A stretch of DNA of 63,006 nucleotides, filler included. It is 4 parts of 4 records of this genome, joined end to end, with 100 filler letters (N's around TTAATTAATTAA, not from the genome) between each part and the next. Parts side by side here need not be neighbours in the genome. Positions count along the whole stretch, not along the records: positions 20,316 to 47,482 come from SRR20825019_242; 3 more parts are not named here. The stretch is one strand, 5' to 3'. Below are positions 31,690 to 40,430 of the stretch, piece by piece. Each line of letters starts with the position of its first letter. The stretch's first letter is position 1. Under the pieces are notes generated by a model. The model had not been told where the DNA came from. It saw nothing but the letters and a program-made list of their open reading frames with translations, and made no database searches. The translations under genes were made by a program, and so were the position numbers.

Positions 31690-32763
31690 TTAAGACAATA
31701 CTTTATGTCTCCAACCATAAGGATCATCCTTAGTGTTGTATTGTATAGCCATTAACTCCTTTTTGAAGTTAGAAGCGTAAGAAGATTCTAATTTTGGTAA
31801 TTCAAAAGTCTCGCCTTTATGTCCAAATCCAGAAATAGGATTAATAGTTGCAGCAGTACCTGCACCAAATATTTCTTTTAAAGATCCGTTTTTAGCAGCC
31901 TCCACAATTTCCTTAACAGATACTGGTCTTACTTGCACATCTATACCTTTATCTTCAGCAATTTGTATTAAACTCTTACGTGTAATACCATCTAAAATAC
32001 GGTCGCTTATAGGTGCTGTTAGTAACGTGTCATTTACTCTAAAGAAAATATTCATTGTGCCAGCTTCCTCTAAATACTCATGAGTTTTAGCATCTGTCCA
32101 GATAATTTGCTGAAAACCTTCTGCTTGTGCTAAACTTGTTGGGAAAAATTGCGCACCGTAGTTTCCTGCTGCTTTTGCATAACCAACACCACCATCTGCA
32201 GATCGGCTATACTTTTCGGCAAACAGTACTTTTACTTCACCCTTGTAATATGCGTTTGCTGGCGCACAAATTATCATAAACCTATAAGACGATGATGGAG
32301 ATGCAGATACACCAGACTCTGTTGCAATTACAAAAGGTCTTATGTATAAAGAGTTTCCTGCTCCAGCTTTAATCCAATTACGATCTAAATTTAAGAGCGC
32401 TTGTAAGCCTTCCATAAAGTAAGATTCTGGAAATGCTGGTATAGCCATACGCTTGGCAGACTTATTAATTCTATCTAAATTGTCTTTTGGTCTAAACAAA
32501 AACACATCATCATTATCATCCTTAAAGGCTTTCATGCCTTCAAAAACGGCTTGACCGTAGTGAAATACTTTAGCTGATGGCTCCATAGTAATTGGGCCGT
32601 AAGGAACAATCTCTGGTGTCTGCCATTCGCCATTTTTATAGTCGCACACAAACATGTGGTCTGTAAAATTTTTCCCGAATGTTAAATTACTAAAGTCTAC
32701 CTGCTCTAATTTAGAAGCTGTAGTTTTCGTAATTTTAATTGGAGCATCTGTCATTGATTCCAT
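31690..32763 (-). CDS. ilvE: Branched-chain amino acid aminotransferase
   Basis: FHYGQAVFEGMKA, LYIRPF, AKAAGNY, EEAGTMN, ILDGITRKS and GAGTAA. Confidence 0.94.
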   Translation of the reverse strand: MESMTDAPIKITKTTASKLEQVDFSNLTFGKNFTDHMFVCDYKNGEWQTPEIVPYGPITMEPSAKVFHYGQAVFEGMKAFKDDNDDVFLFRPKDNLDRINKSAKRMAIPAFPESYFMEGLQALLNLDRNWIKAGAGNSLYIRPFVIATESGVSASPSSSYRFMIICAPANAYYKGEVKVLFAEKYSRSADGGVGYAKAAGNYGAQFFPTSLAQAEGFQQIIWTDAKTHEYLEEAGTMNIFFRVNDTLLTAPISDRILDGITRKSLIQIAEDKGIDVQVRPVSVKEIVEAAKNGSLKEIFGAGTAATINPISGFGHKGETFELPKLESSYASNFKKELMAIQYNTKDDPYGWRHKVLS

Positions 32764-32857
32764 GAATTTTATGTTTTTTGCAAAAATACAATATCGCGTT
32801 GGTTACAATACGTAAGGTTTTCTTAATTTTGACTTAAATTATAATATACTTAAGACA

Positions 32858-33391
32858 ATGAACACTTTAAAATACACTATTTTTTCGCTCATTTTACTTG
32901 TAACCCTTCAATCCTGCAAAGATACTCCGAAAACGATTGAGGAAAAAGAGGTGCAGGAAAATGCTTACAGTTTGAAAGGCGAAGCTTTTGATGCTAAAAC
33001 ACCAAAATCTACAGAAGACATGGCAGCTCTTTATAACTCTATGGAAGCTAACGATACTATTGTTGTTGCATTTGAGGCCAAAGTAAATGCAGTATGCCAA
33101 AATAAAGGCTGCTGGATGAAATTAGATATGCCAAACAGTGAGACTGCTATGGTAAAATTTAAAGATTACGGTTTCTTTATGCCTAAAGACATAGCAGAAG
33201 ACACTGTTGTTGTTCACGGTAAAGCGTTTATACAAGAAGTTTCTGTGGATGAGCAACGCCACTATGCAGAAGATGCTGGTAAGACAAAAGAAGAGGTTGA
33301 AGCTATTACAGAACCTAAAAGAACATATTCATTTTTAGCAGATGGTGTATTAGTGCCAGAATCTGAAAATGAAGAGATTCAAACTAAGTAG
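32858..33391 (+). CDS. DUF4920 family lipoprotein
   Basis: LQSC lipobox, VCQNKGCWM and VKFKDYGFFMP. Confidence 0.85.
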   Translation: MNTLKYTIFSLILLVTLQSCKDTPKTIEEKEVQENAYSLKGEAFDAKTPKSTEDMAALYNSMEANDTIVVAFEAKVNAVCQNKGCWMKLDMPNSETAMVKFKDYGFFMPKDIAEDTVVVHGKAFIQEVSVDEQRHYAEDAGKTKEEVEAITEPKRTYSFLADGVLVPESENEEIQTK

Positions 33392-34071
33392 TGAAACGCG
33401 AAATCATTATTACTGGAGACGGTAGTACCTCGATCCATTTTCCAGAATGGGATGAGCAATACCACTCCAAACACGGTGCTATACAAGAAGCCAATCACGT
33501 ATTTATAGATATGGGATTGGCTCATATTTTAGACCAACAACAATACGCTAGTAGCCCATTACACATTTTAGAAATTGGCTTTGGTACAGGACTAAATGCA
33601 TTTATTACATTTTTAGAAGCACAAAAAAGAAACCTTGTAATTAATTATGAAGGTATTGAAGCTTATCCTGTGCTACCAGAAGAGGTTGATAAATTAAATT
33701 ATGTTTCGGCTCTTAATGCAGAAAACCACATTGCAATTTTTACTACAATGCATTCATCTTCTTGGGATGAGGCTATTACTATTTCAGAAAACTTCACACT
33801 TACAAAGAGACAACAATTCTTTAAAGACATAAAAGCTAACAACGCCTTTAACTTAATTTATTTTGATGCCTTTGGTGCTCGCGTGCAACCAGATCTTTGG
33901 ACAGAAGAAATATTTAAGATTATGTACACGGCATTAAAACCAAACGGTGTTTTAACCACTTATGCTGCAAAAGGCAGTGTACGTAGAGCAATGCAAGCTG
34001 TTGGCTTTAAAGTAGAGCGATTGCCAGGACCTCCAGGTAAACGTGAAATGTTGAGAGCTACAAAACCATAA
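33391..34071 (+). CDS. mnmD: tRNA mnm5s2U34 methyltransferase MnmD (stand-alone MnmC methyltransferase domain)
   Basis: TGDGS, YHSKHGAIQE, LEIGFGTGLN, YFDAF and GPPGKREM. Confidence 0.88.
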   Translation: MKREIIITGDGSTSIHFPEWDEQYHSKHGAIQEANHVFIDMGLAHILDQQQYASSPLHILEIGFGTGLNAFITFLEAQKRNLVINYEGIEAYPVLPEEVDKLNYVSALNAENHIAIFTTMHSSSWDEAITISENFTLTKRQQFFKDIKANNAFNLIYFDAFGARVQPDLWTEEIFKIMYTALKPNGVLTTYAAKGSVRRAMQAVGFKVERLPGPPGKREMLRATKP

Positions 34072-34082
34072 TCCTTAAGTTT

Positions 34083-34493
34083 ATGAAAGACCAATGTCAT
34101 AAAATTCCAGATCAAAAACAAGACTACTTAAAAGACATTGGCACTCTGCTTGTAAAGGAACACGGTAAACAACAGCATTATAAACCCAAACAGATAAAGG
34201 AGGCTCATAATAATAGCAAATGGGCATCGCAGTTAGATTTTTCATGCTGGGTAATGAGCATCTTCTCCACAAAATATGACTTTGATATTTATCACGAAAA
34301 GGTTGGAGAAGTCTGTGATTACATTTCTATGAAAGCTGAAATGCTTAAGGGTGTTTCTGGTGCAACAGCAGAACAATGGTCTACTATACCAGATATGGAT
34401 ATAGATGCATCTTGGTTGGATTTAGAAACTGTATTTGATGACATTTCAGAAGGATTTTCTGCGCTTATTTCTGGAATATTTGATGGATTGTAG
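34083..34493 (+). CDS. Hypothetical protein (136 aa, acidic C-terminus)
   Basis: Clean ORF directly after mnmD; no family recognised. Confidence 0.65.
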   Translation: MKDQCHKIPDQKQDYLKDIGTLLVKEHGKQQHYKPKQIKEAHNNSKWASQLDFSCWVMSIFSTKYDFDIYHEKVGEVCDYISMKAEMLKGVSGATAEQWSTIPDMDIDASWLDLETVFDDISEGFSALISGIFDGL

Positions 34494-34551
34494 TTTTAAT
34501 TACTAAAAAACACGAGCCCCAAACCCTTTACTTTTAGAAAATTACAAAACC

Positions 34552-34640
34552 TTATTTAGATTTAATATAAATAATTTGGATACTAAGGTTTCGGCAATTA
34601 CATTTGCCGAAAACAATCTATTTATATCAAGTCTAAATAA
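34552..34640 (+). promoter_or_regulatory. Bacteroidetes-type promoter flanked by two 23-bp palindromic operators
   Basis: TTATTTAGA-TTTAA-TATAAATAA (34552-34574) and CTATTTATA-TCAAG-TCTAAATAA (34618-34640) bracket TTTG (34575-34578) and TACATTTG (34599-34606), which are 20 nt apart. Confidence 0.7.
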
Positions 34641-34646
34641 AAACAA

Positions 34647-37073
34647 ATGACACGACTACTAACAATCGTTCTCTTATTTACAGTCTATCTTAATTGCTTT
34701 TCTCAAGAAAATAGCACTATACAAGGCCGTATTACAGATGCAGACCAAAAACCTCTTTCTGGTGTAAATGTTTTAATTACTCAATTAAATACAGGTACTC
34801 AATCTAATGAACAAGGTGACTTTAATATTGAAAATCTTTCAGCAGGCAACTACACTTTAACCATTTCTTACCTTGGTTTTAAAACACAATCTAAACAAGT
34901 TTCAGTACAAAATGACGGTGTTTTAACGCTAGGTAATATTGTACTTTATGAAGGAAATGAAATTTTAAATGAAGTGGTAATTAATGGCGAACGCCAAAAT
35001 AAATTTTCTAGAAAGAAAACAGCCTATGTAGCAAAACTACCTTTAAAAGATATTGAGAATACACAAGTTTATAGTACAGTGACTAATGAGCTTTTAGAGT
35101 CTCAAGTAGTTACAAATTTTGAAGATGCTTTAAATAATGCTGTAGGTATTGAAAAACTTTGGACCTCAACTGGACGTGGTGGAGATGGTGCAGGATATTA
35201 TTCTTTAAGAGGATTTTCTGTGCAACCACAATTGGTTAATGGTTTACCAGGTTTAACTAATGGCACAATAAACTCGGCAAATATTGAGCGTATTGAAGTA
35301 ATAAAAGGACCTTCTGCAACTTTATTTGGTAACGCGGTTTCGTCTTATGGTGGCCTAATAAATGTAGTTACCAAAAAACCTTATGCTGGTACTGGTGGTG
35401 AGCTTTCTTATACTGCAGGTTCTTATGGTTTTAACCAAGTTACTGGAGATTTTAACACCGCTCTAGATAAAGAGGAAAATTTATATTTTAGACTAAATAC
35501 ATCTTATGCCTCTCAGCAAAGTTTTCAAGATGCTGGATTTAGGAAATCGTTCTTTGTTGCACCATCATTATCTTATAAAGTAAACAATAAGTTATCGTTT
35601 TCATTTTACGGTGAAATTACACAAGCCGAACAAACAAACCCTATGTTCTTGTTTCTTAACAGAAGTGCTCCTACAGAGGCCAGTAATTTAGATGAATTAG
35701 GATATAACAATAAACTTTCATTTACAAGTAATGACTTAACACTTGAAAATCCTTCTCAGAATTATCGTTTAGAAATGGATTATAAATTATCTGATACATG
35801 GCAATCTCAAACATTGCTTTCTAAAAGTTCTACATCTACAAAAGGGTACTATTCGTATTTATTTGACTTTGGTATCTTAGGTGATGATACCTTCACAAGA
35901 TATATAAGTAAGCAAAACGCCAATACTGAAACATCTGACATTCAACAAAACTTTATTGGTGATTTTAAAGTTGCCAACTTGAGAAATAGAGTTGTTATTG
36001 GTGCAGATTACTTTACAGCAACACAAACTAGTAATAATACTGGTTATGCATTTTATGGCAATATTACACCAGAAGGTGGCAGTAATGGTGATAATCCTTT
36101 TACTCCAGAAGTAGAAGAAGACGCTTACCCGTTATCTTCATCTGGAGTAGATGCTGCATTGGAGTCTCAAGCCATTGGGAACAATAAGTCTAAATATCAT
36201 ATTTATAGTCTATATGCTTCAGACGTATTAGATATTACCAATAATTTTTCTGCAATGGTTGGATTGCGTTTAGATCATTTTGATAATGAAGGTGACATTT
36301 CATCTGCAGAAGATGATTATAATCAAACAACACTTTCACCAAAATTTGGGTTACTATACCAGCCAATTAAAGATCGTTTATCTGTATTTACAAACTATCA
36401 AAACGGATTTACAAATGTTGCTCCTCAATTAGTTGGTAACCCAGAAGATGGCCCGCAAACTTTACAAACATTTGATCCAGAACAAGCCAATCAATTTGAG
36501 GTTGGTTTAAAAACTAATCTTTTTAATAACAGATTAGATGCTACAATTAGTTATTATAACATTCAGGTTACAGATCGTGTAATTACAGATCCTTCTTCGC
36601 CGTTTAATAAAATACAAGGTGGTGAGGTAGAAAGTAAAGGTTTCGAAATTGAAATTAATGCAAACCCTGTAAATGGGTTAAATATAAGAGCAGGATTTAG
36701 TAATAATGAGAGTACCACTACAAAATCTGACAACCCAGAAATACTAAACAGAAGACCATTAGAAGCTGGACCAGAAACACTTTACAATTTCTGGGCAAAC
36801 TATGAAGTGCAGCAAGGTTCTTTAGAAGGTTTTGGTCTTGGGTTAGGGTTTAATGGTGCAAGTGAGCGTTTTGCAATTAACTACGAGTCTACTGGAGAGT
36901 TTATCCTTCCAAGCTATACCATTGCAAATGCTTCTGTTTTTTATCAAGCTAATAAATACAGGATTACTCTAAAGTTAAATAATGCGTTTAATAAAGAGTA
37001 TTACAAAGGTTGGACAACTATTTCTCCACAAACACCTAGAGCAGTATTGGCAAATGTGTCTTACAAGTTTTAA
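34647..37073 (+). CDS. TonB-dependent receptor, siderophore-receptor type
   Basis: Signal peptide, N-terminal carboxypeptidase-regulatory-like domain, plug motif NIERIEVIKGPSATLFG, and barrel ending in SYKF. Confidence 0.92.
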   Translation: MTRLLTIVLLFTVYLNCFSQENSTIQGRITDADQKPLSGVNVLITQLNTGTQSNEQGDFNIENLSAGNYTLTISYLGFKTQSKQVSVQNDGVLTLGNIVLYEGNEILNEVVINGERQNKFSRKKTAYVAKLPLKDIENTQVYSTVTNELLESQVVTNFEDALNNAVGIEKLWTSTGRGGDGAGYYSLRGFSVQPQLVNGLPGLTNGTINSANIERIEVIKGPSATLFGNAVSSYGGLINVVTKKPYAGTGGELSYTAGSYGFNQVTGDFNTALDKEENLYFRLNTSYASQQSFQDAGFRKSFFVAPSLSYKVNNKLSFSFYGEITQAEQTNPMFLFLNRSAPTEASNLDELGYNNKLSFTSNDLTLENPSQNYRLEMDYKLSDTWQSQTLLSKSSTSTKGYYSYLFDFGILGDDTFTRYISKQNANTETSDIQQNFIGDFKVANLRNRVVIGADYFTATQTSNNTGYAFYGNITPEGGSNGDNPFTPEVEEDAYPLSSSGVDAALESQAIGNNKSKYHIYSLYASDVLDITNNFSAMVGLRLDHFDNEGDISSAEDDYNQTTLSPKFGLLYQPIKDRLSVFTNYQNGFTNVAPQLVGNPEDGPQTLQTFDPEQANQFEVGLKTNLFNNRLDATISYYNIQVTDRVITDPSSPFNKIQGGEVESKGFEIEINANPVNGLNIRAGFSNNESTTTKSDNPEILNRRPLEAGPETLYNFWANYEVQQGSLEGFGLGLGFNGASERFAINYESTGEFILPSYTIANASVFYQANKYRITLKLNNAFNKEYYKGWTTISPQTPRAVLANVSYKF

Positions 37074-37092
37074 GTAATAATTTGAATTATAT

Positions 37093-37120
37093 AAAAGGGT
37101 ATCTGTACAGGTGCCCTTTT
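37093..37120 (+). terminator. Stem-loop between the receptor and PepSY genes
   Basis: AAAAGGGTATCTG-TA-CAGGTGCCCTTTT, pairing with G-U wobbles. Confidence 0.55.
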
Positions 37121-37133
37121 CAAGGTTAATTAT

Positions 37134-38267
37134 ATGAAATATAAAAAGCAAATACTTACACTACATAAAATCTTAGGGTTAACAACAGGTATTGTTGTAT
37201 TTATAGTAGCAATTACTGGTTGTTTCTGGGCATTTAAAGAAGAAATTGAAGCTTTATTAAATGACGACACTGTTATAGAGGTTAGGGCTCAAGAACACCT
37301 AACTCCTACAGAAGCTAAAGATATTGCCAAGACAGTATTTCCACAACAAACTGTTCATGGTACTTTATTTAAGCAACCTAATGATCCTATTGAAGTTATA
37401 TTTTATGATGCAAAACCAGAGTTTTACCAAAGCGTGTTTTTAAATCCATATTCTGGTGAAATCTTAGAAGTTAAAGATCATATGACTGGTTTTTTTGCTT
37501 TCATATTAAAAGGCCACATGAGGCTGTGGCTTCCTAAAGAGTTAGGAGAACAAGTTGTTGGTGTATCTATCCTTCTATTTATTATTATCATTATCTCTGG
37601 CTTTTTACTGTGGTTACCTAAACGGCGTAAAAACCTTAAACAACGTGTAAGCTTTAAATGGAAAGCCACCACACGTTGGAAACGAAAGAATTTCGATTTG
37701 CATACCATATTAGGGTTTTATGTGTGCACATTAGCATTAATCTTAGCATTTACAGGATCTATAATGTCTTATAACTGGATGCGTTATGGCTTTTACAAAG
37801 CAATTGGCGGTGATAAAAAAATTGCGTTTATAATTCCTGAAAATACCTCAACTACTTTAGAAAAAAATGAGGATGTTTCTCCAATAGATCAATTAATACC
37901 ATTACTGAGGAAAGAAAATCCAAATGCTGAAAGCTTTGAACTGCATTATCCACATTCTAAAACTGAGAGTATTTATATTGAAACTTCTAATACAGAAGGT
38001 GTATATTACGATTCAGACTTTAGGTTTTTCGATCAAAATACTATAGAGGAAATTGAAACACCAAGTGTATATGGAACATATAGCAATGCTAAGGTTTCCG
38101 ATAAGATACTTAGGATGAATTACGACATACATATAGGTGCTATCGGTGGTATTGCAGGAAAGATTATAGCTTTTCTTTCAAGTTTACTTATTGCAAGTTT
38201 ACCAGTAACCGGAACATTACTATGGTACGGAAGAACTTATAAAAAATCAAAAAAGTCAGCATTATAG
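37134..38267 (+). CDS. PepSY-associated TM helix domain protein
   Basis: LHKILGL..G......ITG, LNPYSGE, GHMRLWL, FDLHTILG and YDIHIG conserved His pattern; follows a TonB receptor. Confidence 0.9.
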   Translation: MKYKKQILTLHKILGLTTGIVVFIVAITGCFWAFKEEIEALLNDDTVIEVRAQEHLTPTEAKDIAKTVFPQQTVHGTLFKQPNDPIEVIFYDAKPEFYQSVFLNPYSGEILEVKDHMTGFFAFILKGHMRLWLPKELGEQVVGVSILLFIIIIISGFLLWLPKRRKNLKQRVSFKWKATTRWKRKNFDLHTILGFYVCTLALILAFTGSIMSYNWMRYGFYKAIGGDKKIAFIIPENTSTTLEKNEDVSPIDQLIPLLRKENPNAESFELHYPHSKTESIYIETSNTEGVYYDSDFRFFDQNTIEEIETPSVYGTYSNAKVSDKILRMNYDIHIGAIGGIAGKIIAFLSSLLIASLPVTGTLLWYGRTYKKSKKSAL

Positions 38268-38278
38268 CTGACTTTTTT
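38249..38278. terminator. Bidirectional intrinsic terminator
   Basis: AAAAAAGTCAGC-ATTATA-GCTGACTTTTTT between convergent genes. Confidence 0.8.
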
Positions 38279-38293
38279 AGTTGTAATATATCT

Positions 38294-38683
38294 TTATTTA
38301 GATTCAAGAATTTCTTTAATACTTGGCTTAAAGTAATTTGGACCTTTTAATACTTTACCATCTTCTCTATAAATTGGTTTACCATCTTCACCAAGTTTAC
38401 TCATATTGCTGCGCTGTATTTCATCAAACACTTCTTCAATTTTATGTTGCATACCGTGCTCTATAATAGTGCCGCATAAAATGTATAACATATCTCCTAA
38501 GGCATCTGCCACTTCAACCAGATCATTATTATTAGCAGCTTCTAAATATTCCTCATTTTCTTCTTTCATTAAATTAAAACGAAGTGTGTTCTTTGCCAAA
38601 CCTAAGTCGGCAGTTGGCTCTTCCTTCATCCCTAACCCAAATGCAGTGTGAAATTGTCTTACGGCGTTAATGCGTTTTTTCAT
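38294..38683 (-). CDS. Nucleoside triphosphate pyrophosphohydrolase (MazG-like)
   Basis: EENEEY...EVADALGD acidic motif, SNMSK and DGKVLKG. Confidence 0.88.
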   Translation of the reverse strand: MKKRINAVRQFHTAFGLGMKEEPTADLGLAKNTLRFNLMKEENEEYLEAANNNDLVEVADALGDMLYILCGTIIEHGMQHKIEEVFDEIQRSNMSKLGEDGKPIYREDGKVLKGPNYFKPSIKEILESK

Positions 38684-38721
38684 AGTTTTTAGAGTATTTT
38701 TGTGCTTTAAAAGTACAACTT

Positions 38722-38907
38722 ATGTTTAGTACAGGACAATACATTTTTGCAGCACTTTTCTTTATAGCTTTTGTAATTGCTATGATTTTCACCTACAGGA
38801 AAGATGCTAAGCTTCACAAAAAGAATTACAAGGGTAGTATCTTTATACTATTAGGCTTTATAGCTTTTATTGTGTTCTTGTTTATCTTGAAGACACAGCT
38901 TAATTAG
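38722..38907 (+). CDS. Small two-TM membrane protein (61 aa)
   Basis: Two hydrophobic helices separated by YRKDAKLHKKNYKG; followed by a terminator. Confidence 0.75.
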   Translation: MFSTGQYIFAALFFIAFVIAMIFTYRKDAKLHKKNYKGSIFILLGFIAFIVFLFILKTQLN

Positions 38908-38923
38908 TAAAGTTATTACTAAT

Positions 38924-38951
38924 AAAAAAAGCCACGTTAAACGTGGCTTTT
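38924..38951. terminator. Bidirectional intrinsic terminator
   Basis: AAAAAAAGCCACGT-TAA-ACGTGGCTTTT between convergent genes. Confidence 0.8.
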
Positions 38952-38973
38952 CATAGTTTATGTCTTGTTGTAA

Positions 38974-40425
38974 TTACTCCACACTTATCTTCTGAGAAAA
39001 AACACCTTGATTTTTAATCTTAAAACTTGCTATATACAATCCTGTACTTAGCGTGTTTAAATCATAATTTCCTGTATTCCCATCAAGATTCTCAAACGTT
39101 AGCTTTTTTCCACTAATGTCGTAGATAGAAAGTGATTCGACAGTAAAGTCTGAGGATTCAAATCTATAACTCAAAACATTATCATTTACAGTTGTTATAA
39201 CATTTGGCTGATTAAACTCCGTAACGCCTAATACTGAAGTTTTTGCTGTTTCAATTAAAAATTCTGTACAAAGTTTTGTGAATTTTGTAGCGTGATCTGC
39301 AGTACCAGAAACTGTAAACGTATCTCCTAAAGTATGAATAGCTTGGTTATGTTCTCCAAAAGCAGCTTCAAAGGGAAAAGATGCTGGGTAGCCTTGTGCA
39401 AACCAACTTGCGTGGTCTGAACATCCATAATTACATAACGATGTACCGTAAGTAACTTGGTGTACGCCATCTGCATTATAGTAGTCTAACAACTGCATTA
39501 AAAATGAATTTAATGATGTATCTGTATTATCTGTTATAAAATAAACATCGTTGTCTGAGCCATTAAAATTTGTCATATCAAATTGAGTGACACCAATTAC
39601 ATTTTTATTGTCGTTACTATAAGATTGTGCAATTTCTGCAGAACCAACTAAACCTATCTCTTCTGCAGCATATGCCATAATTTCAATGGTACGGTTAGGC
39701 ACAAAATCTATTTCGAATAAAACACGAGCAGCTTCAGTAATTGTAGCAATACCTGAGGCATCATCATCTGCACCTGGCGCCAACGCATTTACACTTGCTG
39801 TTGTATCTAAATGCCCTCCAGTTATTACATACTCATTTGGAGATACAGCACCTGTAATGGTCATTATAACAGACGGCATTGTGGTGCCTGTATGGTTAAA
39901 TAATCTCACAGAGACATCTGTACGGTTATAACTTGCTGCCAATGCTTCCCATTTTGCTTTTAAATCCATAGCAGCTTGTGTTCCTTCTGGTCTGTTATGG
40001 TATCTGGTACCATAATTTTGCAACTCTATAATATGATCTTCTAAATTCGATGTGCTTACTTCATTTAAAGCTTGTGTAACTATAGCATCATGTGTAATGG
40101 TATAGTTAGTGCTTGTAAACGATTGTGCATTTGGAATTAGTGGTGTTGCAGCGATATCATTTAAAGCCTTCTCTGCAGAAGGCTTTCTAATATATCCTGG
40201 TCCGTGTACCAATATAGCATCATGTAATTCATGAGCTGCAGTCTCGGTTAGCATAACTGCAGACTCATATTCTGTTGATCCTAATATTTGTACAGCATCT
40301 GGAAACTGAAGCTTTAGTGTGCTTGCATCTTCCTTATTTAAGGTTGCGTAAAATGGTGAGTCATTTTGAGCATACAAGCTAAAAAACACACCTAAGTTTA
40401 ATACTATGGCTAATACATATTTCAT
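38974..40425 (-). CDS. Secreted M28 leucyl aminopeptidase-like protein with T9SS C-terminal sorting domain
   Basis: GGHLD, PGADDDASG, AAEEIGLVGS, QFDM and CNYGCSDHASW; C-terminal IYDISGK...LSTGLY...KI. Confidence 0.9.
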   Translation of the reverse strand: MKYVLAIVLNLGVFFSLYAQNDSPFYATLNKEDASTLKLQFPDAVQILGSTEYESAVMLTETAAHELHDAILVHGPGYIRKPSAEKALNDIAATPLIPNAQSFTSTNYTITHDAIVTQALNEVSTSNLEDHIIELQNYGTRYHNRPEGTQAAMDLKAKWEALAASYNRTDVSVRLFNHTGTTMPSVIMTITGAVSPNEYVITGGHLDTTASVNALAPGADDDASGIATITEAARVLFEIDFVPNRTIEIMAYAAEEIGLVGSAEIAQSYSNDNKNVIGVTQFDMTNFNGSDNDVYFITDNTDTSLNSFLMQLLDYYNADGVHQVTYGTSLCNYGCSDHASWFAQGYPASFPFEAAFGEHNQAIHTLGDTFTVSGTADHATKFTKLCTEFLIETAKTSVLGVTEFNQPNVITTVNDNVLSYRFESSDFTVESLSIYDISGKKLTFENLDGNTGNYDLNTLSTGLYIASFKIKNQGVFSQKISVE

Positions 40426-40430
40426 AGTTC

